Source: Eledone cirrhosa | Lineage: Eukaryota | Length of the DNA: 64,000 nt | NCBI GenBank assembly: GCA_964016885.1 | Contig: OZ024743.1 | Coordinates: 328,538,001-328,602,000 of the forward strand | Reading direction: 5' to 3' | Position numbers and translations under genes: made by a program | The notes under the pieces: model-generated | The model's input: the letters and a program-made list of their open reading frames with translations, nothing else | Databases searched by the model: none | What the model was told of the DNA's origin: nothing | Shown here: positions 26,301 to 43,282 of the stretch, in pieces | How positions within the stretch are numbered: the stretch's first letter is position 1 | Layout of the letters: every line of letters begins with the position of its first letter

Positions 26301-29300
26301 GCCACATCAGACATACTATAGTACAGGCCACATCAGACATACTGTAGTACAGACCACATCAGACATACTATAGTACAGACCACATCAGACATACTATAGT
26401 ACAGGACACATCAGACATACTACAGTACAGACCACATCAGACATACTATAGTACAGACAACAACAGACATACTATAGTACATATCATATCAGACATACTA
26501 TAGTACAGGCCACATCAGACATACTGTAGTACAGACCACATCAGACATACTATAGTACAGACCACATCAGACATACTATAGTACAGGCCACATCAGACAT
26601 ACTATAGTACAGGACACATCAGACATAATTCTATAGTACAGTCCACATCAGATATACTATAGTACAGGAAACATCAGACATATAATACTATAGAACAGGC
26701 CACATCAGACATACTATAGTACAGGCCACATCAGACATACTATAGTACAGGCCACATCAGACATACTATAGTACAGGAAACACCAGACATACTATAGTAC
26801 AGACCACATCAGACATACTATAGTACAAACCACATCAAAAATACTATAGTACAGGACACATCAGACATACTATAGTACAGACCACATCAGACATACTATA
26901 GTACAGCCCAGATCAGACATACTATAGTACAGACCACATCAGACATACTATAGTAAAGGCCACATCATATATACTATAGTACAGACCACATCAGACATAC
27001 TATAGTACAGGACACATCAGACATACTATAGTACAAACCACATCAAAAATACTATAGTACAGGACACATCAGACATACTATAGTACAGACCACATCAGAC
27101 ATACTATAGTACAGCCCAGATCAGACATACTATAGTACTGACCACATCAGACATACTATAGTAAAGGCCACATCAGACATACTATAGTACAGACCACATC
27201 AGACATACTATAGTACAGACAACAACAGACATACTATAGTACATATCATATCAGACATACTATAGTACAGGCCACATCAGACATACTGTAGTACAGACCA
27301 CATCAGACATACTATAGTACAGACCACATCAGACATACTATAATACAGACCACATCAGACATACTATAGTACAGGACACATCAGACATACTACAGTACAG
27401 ACCACATCAGACATACTATAGTACAGACAACAACAGACATACTATAGTACATATCATATCAGACATACTATAGTACAGGCCACATCAGACATACTGTAGT
27501 AGAAGACCACATCAGACATACTATAGTACAGACCACATCAGACATTCTATAGTACAGGCCACATCAGACATACTATAGTACAGGACACATCAGACATATA
27601 ATTCTATAGTACAGTCCACATCAGATATACTATAGTACAGGAAACATCAGACATATAATACTATAGAACAGGCCACATCAGACATACTATAGTACAGGCC
27701 ACATCAGACATACTATAGTACAGGCCACATCAGACATACTATAGTACAGGAAACACCAGACATACTATAGTACAGACCACATCAGACATACTATAGTACA
27801 AACCACATCAAAAATACTATAGTACAGGACACATCAGACATACTATAGTACAGACCACATCAGACATACTATAGTACAGCCCAGATCAGACATACTATAG
27901 TACAGACCACATCAGACAAACTATAGTAAAGGCCACATCATACATACTATAGTACAGACCACATCAGACATACTATAGTACAGGACACATCAGAAATACT
28001 ATAGTACAGAACACATCAGACATACTATAGTACAGAACACATAAGACATACTATAGTACAGACCACATCAGACATACTATAGAACAGGACACATTAGGCA
28101 TACTATAATACAGACCATATCAGACGTACTATAGTAGAGGACACATCAGACATATTATAGTATATACCACATCAGACATACTATAGTACAGCACACATCA
28201 GAATACTATAGTACAGACCACAGCAGACATACAATAGTACAGACCACATCAGACATACTATAGTACAGGCCACATCAGACATACTATAGTACAGACCACA
28301 TCAGACATACTATAGTACAGACCACATCAGACATACTATAGTACAGACAACAACAGACATACTATAGTACATATCATATCAGACATACTATAGTACAGGC
28401 CACATCAGACATACTATAGTACAGGCCACATCAGACATACTATAGTACAGGCCACATCAGACATACTATAGTACAGGACACATCAGACATACTACAGTAC
28501 AGACCACATCAGACATACTATAGTACAGACAACAACAGACATACTATAGTACATATCATATCAGACATACTATAGTACAGGCCACATCAGACATACTATA
28601 GTACAGGCCACATCAGACATACTGTAGTACAGACCACATCAGACATACTATAGTACAGACCACATCAGACATACTATAGTACAGGCCACATCAGACATAC
28701 TATAGTACAGACCACATCAGACATACTATAGTACAGACAACAACAGACATACTATAGTACATATCATATCAGACATACTATAGTACAGGCCACATGAGAC
28801 ATACTGTAGTACAGACCACGTCAGACATACTATAGTACAGACCACATCAGACATACTATAGTACAGACCACATCAGACATACTATAGTACAGAACACATC
28901 AGACATACTACAGTACAGACCACATCAGACATACTATAGTACAGACAACAACAGACATACTATAGTACATATCATATCAGACATACTATAGTACAGGCCA
29001 CATCAGACATACTATAGTACAAGCCACATCAGACATACTGTAGTACAGACCACATCAGACATACTATAGTACAGACCACATCAGACATACTATAGTACAG
29101 GCCACATCAGACATACTGTAGTACAGACCACATCAGACATACTATAGTACAGGAAACATCAGACATACTGTAGTACAGACCACATCAGACATACTATAGT
29201 ACAGACCACATCAGACATACTATAGTACAGACCACAACAGACATACTATAGTACATATCATATCAGATATACTATAGTACAGGCCACATCAGACACACTA

Positions 29301-32300
29301 TAGTACAGGCCACATCAGACATACTATAGTACAGGCCACATCAATCATACTGTAGTACAGACCACATCAGACATACTATAGTACAGACCTCATCAGACAT
29401 ACTATAGTACAGACCACACCAGACATACTATAGTACAGGACACATCAGACATACTATAGTACAGACCACATCAGACATTCTATAGTACACAGCACATCAG
29501 ACATACTATAGTACAGACCACATCAGACATACTATAGTACAGGCCACATCAGACATACTATAGTACAGGACACATCAGACATATAATTCTATAGTACAGT
29601 CCACATCAGATATACTATAGTACAGGAAACATCAGACATATAATACTATAGAACAGGCCACATCAGACATACTATAGTACAGGCCACATCAGACATACTA
29701 TAGTACAGGCCACATCAGACATACTATAGTACAGGAAACACCAGACATACTATAGTACAGACCACATCAGACATACTATAGTACAAACCACATCAAAAAT
29801 ACTATAGTACAGGACACGTCAGACATACTATAGTACAGACCACATCAGACATACTATAGTACAGCCCAGATCAGACATACTATAGTACAGACCACATCAG
29901 ACATACTATAGTAAAGGCCACATCATACATACTATAGTACAGACCACATCAGACATACTATAGTACAGGACACATCAGTAATACTATAGTACAGAACACA
30001 TCAGACATACTATAGTACAGAACACATCAGATATACTATAGTACAGACCACATCAGACATACTATAGTACAGAACACATCAGACATACTATAGTACAGAA
30101 CAGATTAGGCATACTATAGTACAGACCACATCAGACATACTATAGTAAAGACCACATCAGACATACTACAGTACAGGACACATCAGACATACTATAGAAC
30201 AGGACACATTAAGCATACTATAATACAGACCATATCAGACGTACTATAGTAGAGGACACATCAGACATATTATAGTATATACCACATCAGACATACTATA
30301 GTACAGCACACATCAGAATACTATAGTACAGACCACAGCAGACATACAATAGTACAGACCACATCAGACATACTATAGTACAGACCACATCAGACATACT
30401 ATAGTACAGATCATATCAGAATACTATAGTACAGACCACATCAGACATACTATAGTACAGGACACATCAGACATACTATAGTACAGAACACATCAGACAT
30501 ACTATAGTACAGCCCACATCAGACATACTATAGTAGAGACCACATCAGACATACTATAGTACAGTCCACATCAGACATACTATAGTACAGCCCACATCAG
30601 ACATACTATAGTAGAGACCACATCAGACATACTATAGTACAGAACACATCAGACATACTATAGTACAGACCACATCAGACATACTATAGTACAGACCACA
30701 TCAGACATACTATAGTAAAGGCCATATCATACATACTATAGTACAGACCAAATCAGACATACTATAGTACAGGACACATCAGACATACTATAGTACAGAA
30801 CAGATTAGGCATACTATAGTACAGACCACATCAGACATACTATAGTAAAGACCACATCAGACATACAACAGTACAGGACACATCAGACATACTATAGAAC
30901 AGGACACATTAGGCATACTATAGTACAGACCATATCAGACATACTATAGTACAGGACACATCAGACATATTATAGTATATACCACATCAGACATACTATA
31001 GTACAGCACACATCAGACATACTATAGTACAGACCACAGCAGACATACAATAGTACAGACCACATCAGACAAACTATAGTACAGGACACATCAGACATAC
31101 TATAGTACAGACCACATCAGACATATAATACTATCGTACAGACCACATCAGACATACTATAGTACAGACCACATCCGACATATTATAGTACAGGCCACAT
31201 CAGACATACTATAGTACAGACCACATCAGACATACTATAGTACAGGCCACATCACACATACTATAGTACAGGACACATCAGACATACTATAGTACAGGCC
31301 ACATCAGACATATTGTAGTACAGACCACATCAGACATACTATAGTACAGAGCACATCAGACATACTATAGTACAGGACACATCAGACATATTATAGTACA
31401 GACCACATCAGACATATAATTCTATAGTACAGTCCACATCAGACATACTATAGTACAGGAAATATCAGACATATAATACTATAGAACAGGCCACATCAGA
31501 CATACTATAGTACAGGCCACATCAGACATACTATAGTACAGGCCACATCAGAGATACTATAGTACAGGAAACATCAGACATACTATAGTACAGACCACAT
31601 CAGACATACTATAGTACAGGACACATCAGACATACTATAGTACAGACCACATCAGACATACTATAGTACAGCCCAGATCAGACATACTATAGTACAGACC
31701 ACATCAGACATACTATAGTAAAGGCCACATCATACATACTATAGTACAGACCACATCAGACATACTATAGTACAGAACAGATTAGGCATACTATAGTACA
31801 GGACACATTAGGCATACTATAGTACAGACCACATCAGACTTACTATAGTAAAGACCACATCAGACATAATACAGTACAGGACACATCAGACATACTATAG
31901 AATTGGACACATTAGGCATACTATAATACAGACCATATCAGACGTACTATAGTACAGGACACATCAGACATATTATAGTATATACCACATCAGACATACT
32001 ATAGTACAGCACACATCAGAATACTATAGTACAGACCACAGCAGACATACAATAGTACAGACCACATCAGACATACTATAGTACAGAGCACATCAGACAT
32101 ACTATAGTACAGATCATATCAGAATACTATAGTACAGACCACATCAGACATACTATAGTACAGGACACATCAGACATACTATAGTACAGACCACATCAGA
32201 CATAAAATACTATCGTACAGACCACATCAGTCATACTATAGTACAGACCACATCAGACATATAATACTATAGTACAGCCCACATCAGACATACTATAGTA

Positions 32301-35300
32301 CAGCCCACATCAGACATACTATAGTACAGTCCACATCAGGCATACTATAGTACAGCCCACATCAGACATACTATAGTAGAGACCACATCAGACATACTAT
32401 AGTACAGGCCACATCAGACATACTATAGTACAGACCACATCAGACATACTATAGTAAAGACCACATCAGACATACTATAGTACAGGCCACATCAGACATA
32501 CTGTAGTACAGGACACATCAGACATACTATAGTACAGATCATATCAGACATACTATAGTAATGGCCACATCAGACATACTATAGTACAGACCACATCAGA
32601 CATACTATAGTACAGCCCACATCAGACATACTGTAGTACAGACCACATCAGACATACTATAGTACAGGACACATCAGACATACTATAGTACACACCACAT
32701 CAGACATACTATAGTACAGGACACATCAGACATACTATAGTACAGATCATATCAGACATACTATAGTACAGCCCACATCAGACATACTATAGTACAGGCC
32801 ACATCAGACATACTGTAGTACAGACCACATCAGACATACTATAGTACAGGACACATCAGACATACTATAGTACACACCACATCAGACATACTATAGTACA
32901 GACCACATCAGACATACTATAGTACAGGCCACATCAGACATACTATAGTACAGGACACATCAGACATACAATAGTACACACCACATCACACATACTATAG
33001 TACAGTCCAGATCAGACATACTATAGTACAGGAAACATCAGACATATAATACTATAGAACAGGCTACATCAGACATACTATAATACAGGACACATCAGAC
33101 AAACTATACTACAGGCCACATCAGAGATACTATAGTACAGGAAACATCAGACATACTATAGTACAGACCACATCAGACATACTATAGTACAGGACACATC
33201 AGACATACTATAGAACAGGACACATTAGGCATACTATAGTACAGACCATATCAGACATACTATAGTACAGGACACATCAGACATATTATAGTATATACCA
33301 CATCAGACATACTACAGTACAGGACACATCAGACATACTATAGTACAGACCATATCAGACATACTATAGTACAGGACACATCAGACATACTATAGTACAG
33401 AACACATCAGACATACTATAGTACAGGACACATCAGACATACTTTAGTACAGAACAGATTAGGCATACTATAGTACAGACCACATCAGACACACTATAGT
33501 ACAGGACACATCAGACATACTATAGTACAGAACAGATTAGGCATACTATAGTACAGGACACATCAGACATACTATAGTATAGGACACATCAGACATACTA
33601 TAGTAAAGACCACATCAGACATACTACAGTACAGGACACATCAGACATACTATAGTACAGACCATATCAGACATACTATAGTACAGGACACATCAGACAT
33701 ATTATAGTATATACCACATCAGACATACTATAGTACAGCACACATCAGACATACTATAGTACAGACCACATCAGACATACTATAGTACAGACCAATCAGA
33801 CATACTATAGTACAGACCACATCAGACATACTATAGTGCAGGCCATATCAGACATACTATAGTACAGACCACATCAGACATACTATAGTGCAGGCCACAT
33901 CAGACATACTATAGTACAGACCACATCAGACATACTATAGTACAGGCCACATCACACATACTATAGTACAGAACACATCAGGCATACTATAGTACAGGAC
34001 ACATCAGACAGACTATAGTATAGGACACATCAGACATACTATAGTACAGGCCACATCAGACATACTATAGTACAGAACACATCAGACATACTATAGTACA
34101 GGACACATCAGACAGACTATAGTATAGGACACATCAGACATACTATAGTACAGGCCACATCAGACATACTGTAGTACAGACCACATCAGACATACTATAG
34201 TGCAGACCACATTAGACATACTATTATAGTACAGGACACATCAGACATACTATAGTACAGGCCACATCAGACATACTATAGTACACACCACATCAGACAT
34301 ACTATAGTACAGATCATATCAGACATACTATAGTACAGGCCACATCAGACATACTATAGTACAGGCCACATCAGACATACTGTAGTACAGACCACATCAG
34401 ACATACTATAGTACAGGACACATCAGGCATACTATAGTACACACCACCTCAGACATACTATAGTACAGACCACATCAGACATACTATAGTACACGCCACA
34501 TCAGACATACTATAGTACAGGACACATCAGACATACTATAGTACAGACCACATCAGACATACAATAGTACAGACCACATCAGACATACTATAGTACCGAC
34601 CACATCAGACATACTATAGTACAGGCCACATCAGACATACTATAGTACAGGACACATCAGACATACAATAGTACACACCACATCAGACATACTATAGTAC
34701 AGAGCACATCAGACATACTATAGTACAGGACACATCAGACATACTATAGTACAGACCACATCAGACATACAATAGTACAGACCACATCAGCCATACTATA
34801 GTACAGACCACATCAGACATACTATAGTACAGGACACATCAGACATACAATAGTACACACCACATCAGACATACTATAGTAGAGACCACATCAGACATAG
34901 AATAGTACAGGACACATCTGACATACTATAGTACAGACCACATCAGACATACAATAGTACAGACCACATCAGCCATACTATAGTACAGACCACATCAGAC
35001 ATACTATAGTACAGAACACATCAGACATACTATAGTACAGATCATATCAAATATACTATAGTAGAGACCACATCAGACATACTATAGTACAGGACACATC
35101 AGACATACTATAGTACAGGCCACATCAGACATACTATAATACAGACCACATCAAACATACTGTAGTACAGGCCACATCTGACATACTATAGTACAGACCA
35201 CATCAGACATACTATAGTACAGGCCACATCAGACATACTATAGTACAGACCACATCAGACATACTATAGTACAGATCATATCGGAATACTATAGTACAGA

Positions 35301-38300
35301 CCACATCAGACATACTATAGTACAGATCATATCAAACATACTATAGTACAGACCACATCAGACATACTATAGTACAGACCACATCAGACATACTATAGCA
35401 CAGGCCACATCAGACATACTATAGTACAGACCACATCAGACATACTGTAGTACAGGCCACATCTGACATACTATAGTACAGACCACATCAGACATACTAT
35501 AGTACAGGCCACATCAGACATACTATAGTACAGACCACATCAGACATACTATAGTACAGACCACATCAGACATACTATAGTACAGACCACATCAGATATA
35601 CTATAGTACAGCCCACATCAGACATACTATAGTACAGGACACATCAGCCATACTATAGTACAGGCCACATCAGACATACTATAGTACAGGAAACATCAGA
35701 CATATAATACTATAGTACAGGCCACATCAGACATACTATAGTACAGGAAACATCAGACATACTATAGTACAGACCACAACAGACATACTATAGTACATGA
35801 CACATCAGACATACTATAGTACAGACCACATCAGACATACTATAGTACAGGCCACGTCAGACATACTATAGTACAGGCGACGTCAGACATACTATAGTAC
35901 AGACCACATCAGACATACTATAGTGCAGGACACATCAGACATACAATAGTACACACCACATCAGACATACTATAGTACAGGACACATAAGACATACTATA
36001 GTACAGGCGACGTCAGAAATACTATAGTACCGACCACATCAGACATACTATAGTACATTACACATCAGACATACTATAGTACAGACCACATCAGACATAC
36101 TATAGTACAGACCACATCAGACATACTATAGTATAGGCCACATAGGACATACTATAGTACAGACCACATCAGACATACTATAGTACAGGACACATCAGAC
36201 ATACTATAGAACAGGACATGTTAGGCATACTATAGTACAGACCATATCAGACATACTATAGTACAGGACACATCAGACTTATTATAGTATATACCACATC
36301 AGACATACTATAGTACAGCACACATCAGACATACTATAGTACAGACCACATCAGACATACTATAGTACAGGACACATCAGACATACTATAGTACAGAACA
36401 GATTAGGCATACTATAGTACAGACCACATCAGACATACTATAGTACAGGACACATCAGACATACTATAGTACAGAACAGATTATGCATACTATAGTACAG
36501 ACCACATCAGACATACTATAGTATAGGACACATCAGACATACTATAGTAAAGACCACATCAGACATACTACAGTACAGGACACATCAGACATACTATAGT
36601 ACAGACCATATCAGACATACTATAGTACAGGACACGTCAGACATATTATAGTATATACCACATCAGACATACTATAGTACAGCACACATCAGACATACTA
36701 TAGTACAGACCACATCAGACATACTATAGTACAGACCAATCAGACATACTATAGTACAGACCACATCAGACATACTATAGTGCAGGCCACATCAGACATA
36801 CTATAGTACAGACCACATCAGACATACTATAGTACAGGCCACATCACACATACTATAGTACAGAACACATCAGGCATACTATAGTACAGGACACATCAGA
36901 CAGACTATAGTATAGGACACATCAGTCATACTATAGTACAGGCCACATCAGACATACTATAGTACAGAACACTTCAGACATACTATAGTACAGGACACAT
37001 CAGACAAACTATAGTATAGGACACATAAGACATACTATAGTACAGGCCACATCAGACATACTATAGTACAGACCATATCAGACATACTATAGTACTGACA
37101 ACATCAGACATACTATAGTACAGATCATATCAGACATACTATAGTACAGGCCACATCACACATACTATAGTACAGGCCACATCAGACATACTGTAGTACA
37201 GACCACATCAGACATACTATAGTACAGACCACATTAGACATACTATTATAGTACAGGACACATCAGACATACTATAGTACAGGCCACATCAGACATACTA
37301 TAGTACACACCACATCAGACATACTATAGTACAGATCATATCAGACATACTATAGTACAGGCCACATCAGACATACTATAGTACAGGCCACATCAGACAT
37401 ACTGTAGTACAGACCACATCAGACATACTATAGTACAGGACACATCAGGCATACTATAGTACACACCACCTCAGACATACTATAGTACAGACCACATCAG
37501 ACATACTATAGTACACGCCACATCAGACATACTATAGTACAGGACACATCAGACATACTATAGTACAGGACACATCAGACATACTATAGTACAGACCACA
37601 TCAGACATACAATAGTACAGACCACATCAGACATACTATAGTACCGACCTCATCAGACATACTATAGTACAGGCCACATCAGACATACTATAGTACAGGA
37701 CACATCAGACGTACAACAGTACACACCACATCAGACATACAATAGTACAGACTACATCAGCCATACTATAGTACAGACCACATCAGACATAATATAGTAC
37801 AGAACACATCAGACATACTATAGTACAGATCATATCAAACATACTATAGTAGAGACCACATCAGACATACAATAGTACAGGACACATCAGACATACTATA
37901 GTACAGACCACATCAGACATACAATAGTACAGACCACATCAGCCATACTATAGTACAGACCACATCAGACATACTATAGTACAGAACACATCAGACATAC
38001 TATAGTACAGATCATATCAAACATACTATAGTAGAGACCACATCAGACATACTATAGTACAGGACACATCAGCCATACTATAGTACAGACAACAACAGAC
38101 ATACTATAGTACATATCATATCAGACATACTATAGTACAGGCCACATCAGACATACTATAGTGCAGACCACATCAGACATACTATAATACAGATCATATC
38201 AAACATACTATAGTACAGACCACATCAGACATACTATAGTACAGACCACATCAGACATACTATAGTACAGACCACATCAGACGTACTATAGTACATATCA

Positions 38301-39800
38301 TATCAAACATACTATAGTACAGACCACATCAGACATACTATAGTACAGGCCACATCAGACATACTATTGTACAGACCACATCAGACATACTATAGTACAG
38401 ATCATATCGGAATACTATAGTACAGACCACATCAAACATACTATAGTACAGATCATATCAAACATACTATAGTACAGACCACATCAGACATACTATAGTA
38501 CAGACCACATCAGACATACTATAGTACAGGCCACATCAGACATACTATAGTACAGACCACATCAGACATACTGTAGTACAGGCCACATCTGACATACTAT
38601 AGTACAGACCACATCAGACATACTATAGTACAGTTCACATCAGAATACTATAGTACAGACCACATCAGACATACTATAGTACAGACCACATCAGACATAC
38701 TATAGTACAGACCACATCAGATATACTATAGTACAGCCCACATCAGACATACTATAGTACAGGACACATCAGCCATACTATAGTACAGGCCACATCAGAC
38801 ATACTATAGTACAGGAAACATCAGACATATAATACTATAGTACAGGCCACATCAGACATACTATAGTACAGGAAACATCAGACATACTATAGTACAGACC
38901 ACATCAGACATACTATAGTACATGACACATCAGACATACTATAGTACAGACCACATCAGACATACTATAGTACAGGCCACGTCAGACATACTATAGTACA
39001 GGCGACGTCAGACATACTATAGTACAGACCACATCAGACATACTATAGTACAGGACACATCAGACATACAATAGTACACACCACATCAGACATACTATAG
39101 TACAGGACACATAACACATACTATAGTACAGGCGACGTCAGACATACTATAGTACAGACCACATCAGACATACTATAGTACAGACCACATCAGACATACT
39201 ATAGTATAGGCCACATAGGACATACTATTGTACAGACCACATCAGACATACTATAGTACAGGACACATCAGACATACTATAGTACAGGACACATCAGATA
39301 TACTATAGTACAGGCCACATCAGACATACTCTATTACAGGACAAATCAGACATACTATAGTACAGAACACATCAAACATACTATAGTACAGACCACATCA
39401 GACATACTATAGTACAGAACACATCAGACATACTATAGTACCGACCACATCAGACATACTATAGTACAGACCACATCAGACATACTATAGTACATTACAC
39501 ATCAGACATACTATAGTACAGACCACATCAGACATACTATAGTACAGGCCACGTCAGACATACTATAGTACAGGACACATCAGACATACTATAGTACAGG
39601 CGACGTCAGACATACTATAGTACAGACCACATCAGACATACTATAGTACAGGACACATCAGACATACAATAGTACAGGCGACGTCAGACATACTATAGTA
39701 CAGACCACATCAGACATACTATAGTACTGGACACATCAGACATACTATAGTACAGACCACATCAGACATACTATAGTACAGGCCACATCAGACATACTAT
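23335..39800. repeat. 26-bp satellite array, about 16.5 kb, about 630 copies
   Basis: Consensus atcagacatactatagtacagaccac with a palindromic core tactatagta. Occasional 29-bp (+ata) and 25-bp variants. Confidence 0.98.
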
Positions 39801-39809
39801 ATAGTCATA

Positions 39810-40740
39810 GTTACTCTTCTGGTCATCTTCATCATGGCTAACCTCCTCTATAGATACTACCTGAAATATACTGCCGTGGACAGAGTTAGGTTTAATGTTA
39901 GTCGTCTGGTCATCTTAACCTCCTAACCTCCTCTATTACCAGAAATATATTGGATAGTGGAAAGATTTCGGGTTAGGGTTAGTCTTGGGGGTCACATTGA
40001 TCTTGCTGAGCTCCTCTATAGCTACTACCAGAATTGAACTGGACAGTGGATAATAGAGTTAGGATTAGATTTAGTTCTGGGGTCACCTTGACCTTGCTGA
40101 CCTCCTCTATAGCTACTACCAGAATTGAACTGGACAGAGGAGAGATTTAGGCTCAGGGCTAATAATAGAGTTAGGGTTACGGTTAGTCTTGGGGTCACCT
40201 TGACTTTGCTGACCTCCTCTATAGCTACTACCATAAATAAACTGGACAGTAGAGAGAGTTAGGGTCAGGGCTAGTCTTCTAGTCACCTTGACCATGGTTA
40301 ACTTACTCTTTATCTACTACCAGAAATATACTGGACAATATACAGAGTTAGGGTTAGGTTTAGTCCTGGGGTTATCTTGACCATGTTTAACCTCCTATAT
40401 AGATACTACCAGAAATATACTGGACAGTAGACAGCGTTAGGGTTAGGTTTAGTCCTGGGGTCATCTTGACCTTGTTGACCTCCTCTAAAGCTACTACCAT
40501 AAATATACTGAACAATATACAGAGTTAGAGTCAGGGTTAGTCTTCTGGTCACCTTGACCTTGATCACACAACCTCCTTTATAGCTACTACCATAAATATA
40601 CTGAGCAATATACAGAGTTAGGGCCAGGGTCAGTCTTCTGGTCACCTTGACCTTGATCACACAACCTCCTCTATAGCTACTACCATAAATATACTGGGCA
40701 ATATACAGAGTTAGGGCCAGGGTCAGTTCCTTGGTCACCA
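39810..40740. repeat. About 90-bp minisatellite containing TTAGGG-like hexamers
   Basis: About 10 units of gctactaccagaaatatactggacagtagacagagttagggttaggtttagtcctggggtcaccttgaccttgctgacctcctctata. Confidence 0.9.
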
Positions 40741-40924
40741 GACAACTACTGACCACCACCACTACCACCATCACCAGCATATCCAACCCTACCACCACCA
40801 CCACCACCACCACCACCACCACCACCACTACATCCACCACCACTACCACCACCTCCACTACCTTCTCCACCACCATATCCAACAATGTCACCACCACACC
40901 CCATCACAACCACCACCATTACCT

Positions 40925-41390
40925 GTGATGATGTAAGTCCGGGGACATTGTTGTGTGTTGAGTGTAATTCCAAATGTGATGACGTAACTCCGGGGGACAT
41001 TGGTGTGTGATCAATGCAATGTCAACTTTGATGACGGGGGCATTGTTGTGTAATTAGTGTAATGCCAACTGTAATAACGTATGTCCGAGGACATTGTTGT
41101 GTTTTCAGTGTAATATCAACCTTGATGACGTATGTCCGAGGACATTGTTGTGTTTTCAGTGAAATATCAACCTTGATGACGTAGGTCCGAGGACATTGTT
41201 GTGTTTTCAGTGAAATATCAACCTTGATGACGTAGGTCCGAGGACATTGTTGTGTTTTCAGTGAAATATCAACCTTGATGACGTATGTCCGAGGACATTG
41301 TTGTGTTTTCAGTGAAATATCAACCTTGATGACGTATGTCCGGGGATATTGCTATGTGTTCAAGGAAATGTCAATTTTGAGGACGTTAAT
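40925..41390. repeat. 51-bp minisatellite
   Basis: gatgacgtatgtccgaggacattgttgtgttttcagtgaaatatcaacctt at 41124, 41175, 41226 and 41277, with diverged flanking units. Confidence 0.92.
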
Positions 41391-41429
41391 CGATGGTAAA
41401 TGTTCCCCTTCCTGAAGGAACTCATCATA

Positions 41430-41530
41430 AAGTCAGATTAAATACCCTGGCATTTGTTCCGGCTCTTTAGGTTCTGAGTTCAAACCTTGCTGAGGCCAAC
41501 TTTGATTTTCAGTCTTTCAAGATCGATATA
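41430..41530 (+). mobile_element. Degenerate tRNA-derived SINE fragment
   Basis: gttctgagttcaaaccttgctgaggccaactttgattttca resembles 55636-55695. Confidence 0.6.
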
Positions 41531-41814
41531 TCATGTTCTAGCGCAAAGGTGATGGGGAAAGGAAGGGGAAGATAACTTAAAACTTCTCCTGTGTTCTGTG
41601 ATGTAATATTGATTGAGCACAATTGGATAGCCATTGATCGTATTGAGATGGTATTAGTTCAGATCAATTGAACAGCAGCCCCCAAACCACCACCACACAC
41701 TTCCCCCACCACACCTTCCCGTCCAACCGTGCCCACTCACATTGGCAAACATGAATGAAAGGAAAGGAGAAAAAGAGGAAGAGAAAAAGATCAATGAAAG
41801 AAAGGTGAAACGTG

Positions 41815-42299
41815 CACACTCACATACACATATACATATATATACCTACACTTACATATACATACACTTACATACACATACACTCACATATACATAAACT
41901 CATATACATACACTTACATATACATACACTTACATACACATACACTCACATATACATACACTGACATATATATACACTTACATATACATACACTCACATA
42001 TACATACACTTACATACACATACACATATATATACATACACTCACATACACATACACTCACATATACATACACTCACATATACATACACATACATATACA
42101 TACACTCAAATATACATACACTCACATATACATACACTCACATATACATACACATACATATACATACACTCAAATATACATACACTCACATATACATACA
42201 CATACATATACATACGCACAGGATACGCACTGATACACACATGCAAATATGTATACACACAAGCGTGTGTATACATATATATATATATACACACACAAG

Positions 42300-42353
<54 letters not shown>

Positions 42354-42355
42354 CT

Positions 42356-42401
<46 letters not shown>

Positions 42402-42411
42402 CACACACGCT

Positions 42412-42458
<47 letters not shown>

Positions 42459-42537
42459 AAAGGATAACAAGGACGATTGATTACTCCTTCATTGCATTTA
42501 TTGATAGGTGACGGATATATATATATATATATACACG

Positions 42538-42572
<35 letters not shown>

Positions 42573-42605
42573 ATGTGTGTGTGTGTATATGAATATGTAT
42601 AGGTA

Positions 42606-42637
<32 letters not shown>

Positions 42638-42795
42638 GTATATATGTATATATATATATGTAAACACACACACATTTACATATATATATATGTGTGTGTG
42701 TGTCTGTGTATGAGTGGCACACACACACACACACACATATATACACACATATACGCACATTTACGCGCACGTATGCACGCACACACTCATACACA
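41815..42795. repeat. Compound (CA/TA)n microsatellite field
   Basis: Directly visible. Confidence 0.9.
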
Positions 42796-42974
42796 GAAAG
42801 CAGTGCAATGCTTTGAACACATAACCGTATCGATGAAATATCAATAGGTCGAAGCTACAGTGAAATGAGAGGGGGGGGGGCTTAGGTTGTGTTTGGAGAG
42901 GGGTGAAGTGGGGAGGGGGGGGGGCTAAAGGAAAACGTATTGATTATCTGTGATCAGAGAACTCGGGTGGAAAA

Positions 42975-43251
42975 TAACAACAACAGCAACAACAACGATA
43001 TTAACAACAAAAGCAACAGTAACAGTAACAACAGTAACAACAACAGTAACAACAACAGTAACAACAACAGTAACAACAACAGTAACAACAACAGTAACAA
43101 CAACAGTAACAACAACAGTAACAACAGTAACAACAACAGTAACAACAACAGTAACAACAACAGTAACAACAACAGTAACAACAACAACAGTAACAACAAC
43201 AGTAACAACAACAGTAACAACAACAGTAACAACAACAGTAACAACAACAGT

Positions 43252-43282
<31 letters not shown>

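Noticed and set aside
23335-39800. CRISPR array
   Set aside because: The variable part is only about 8 nt and reused many times. There are no unique spacers and no cas genes, and the context is eukaryotic.
40925-41390. Retrozyme-like tandem hammerhead in the 51-bp repeat (ttgatga...gaaatatc)
   Set aside because: The core begins with U rather than C, only about 5 nt separate UC from the next core so stem I cannot form, and the base of stem II is unpaired.
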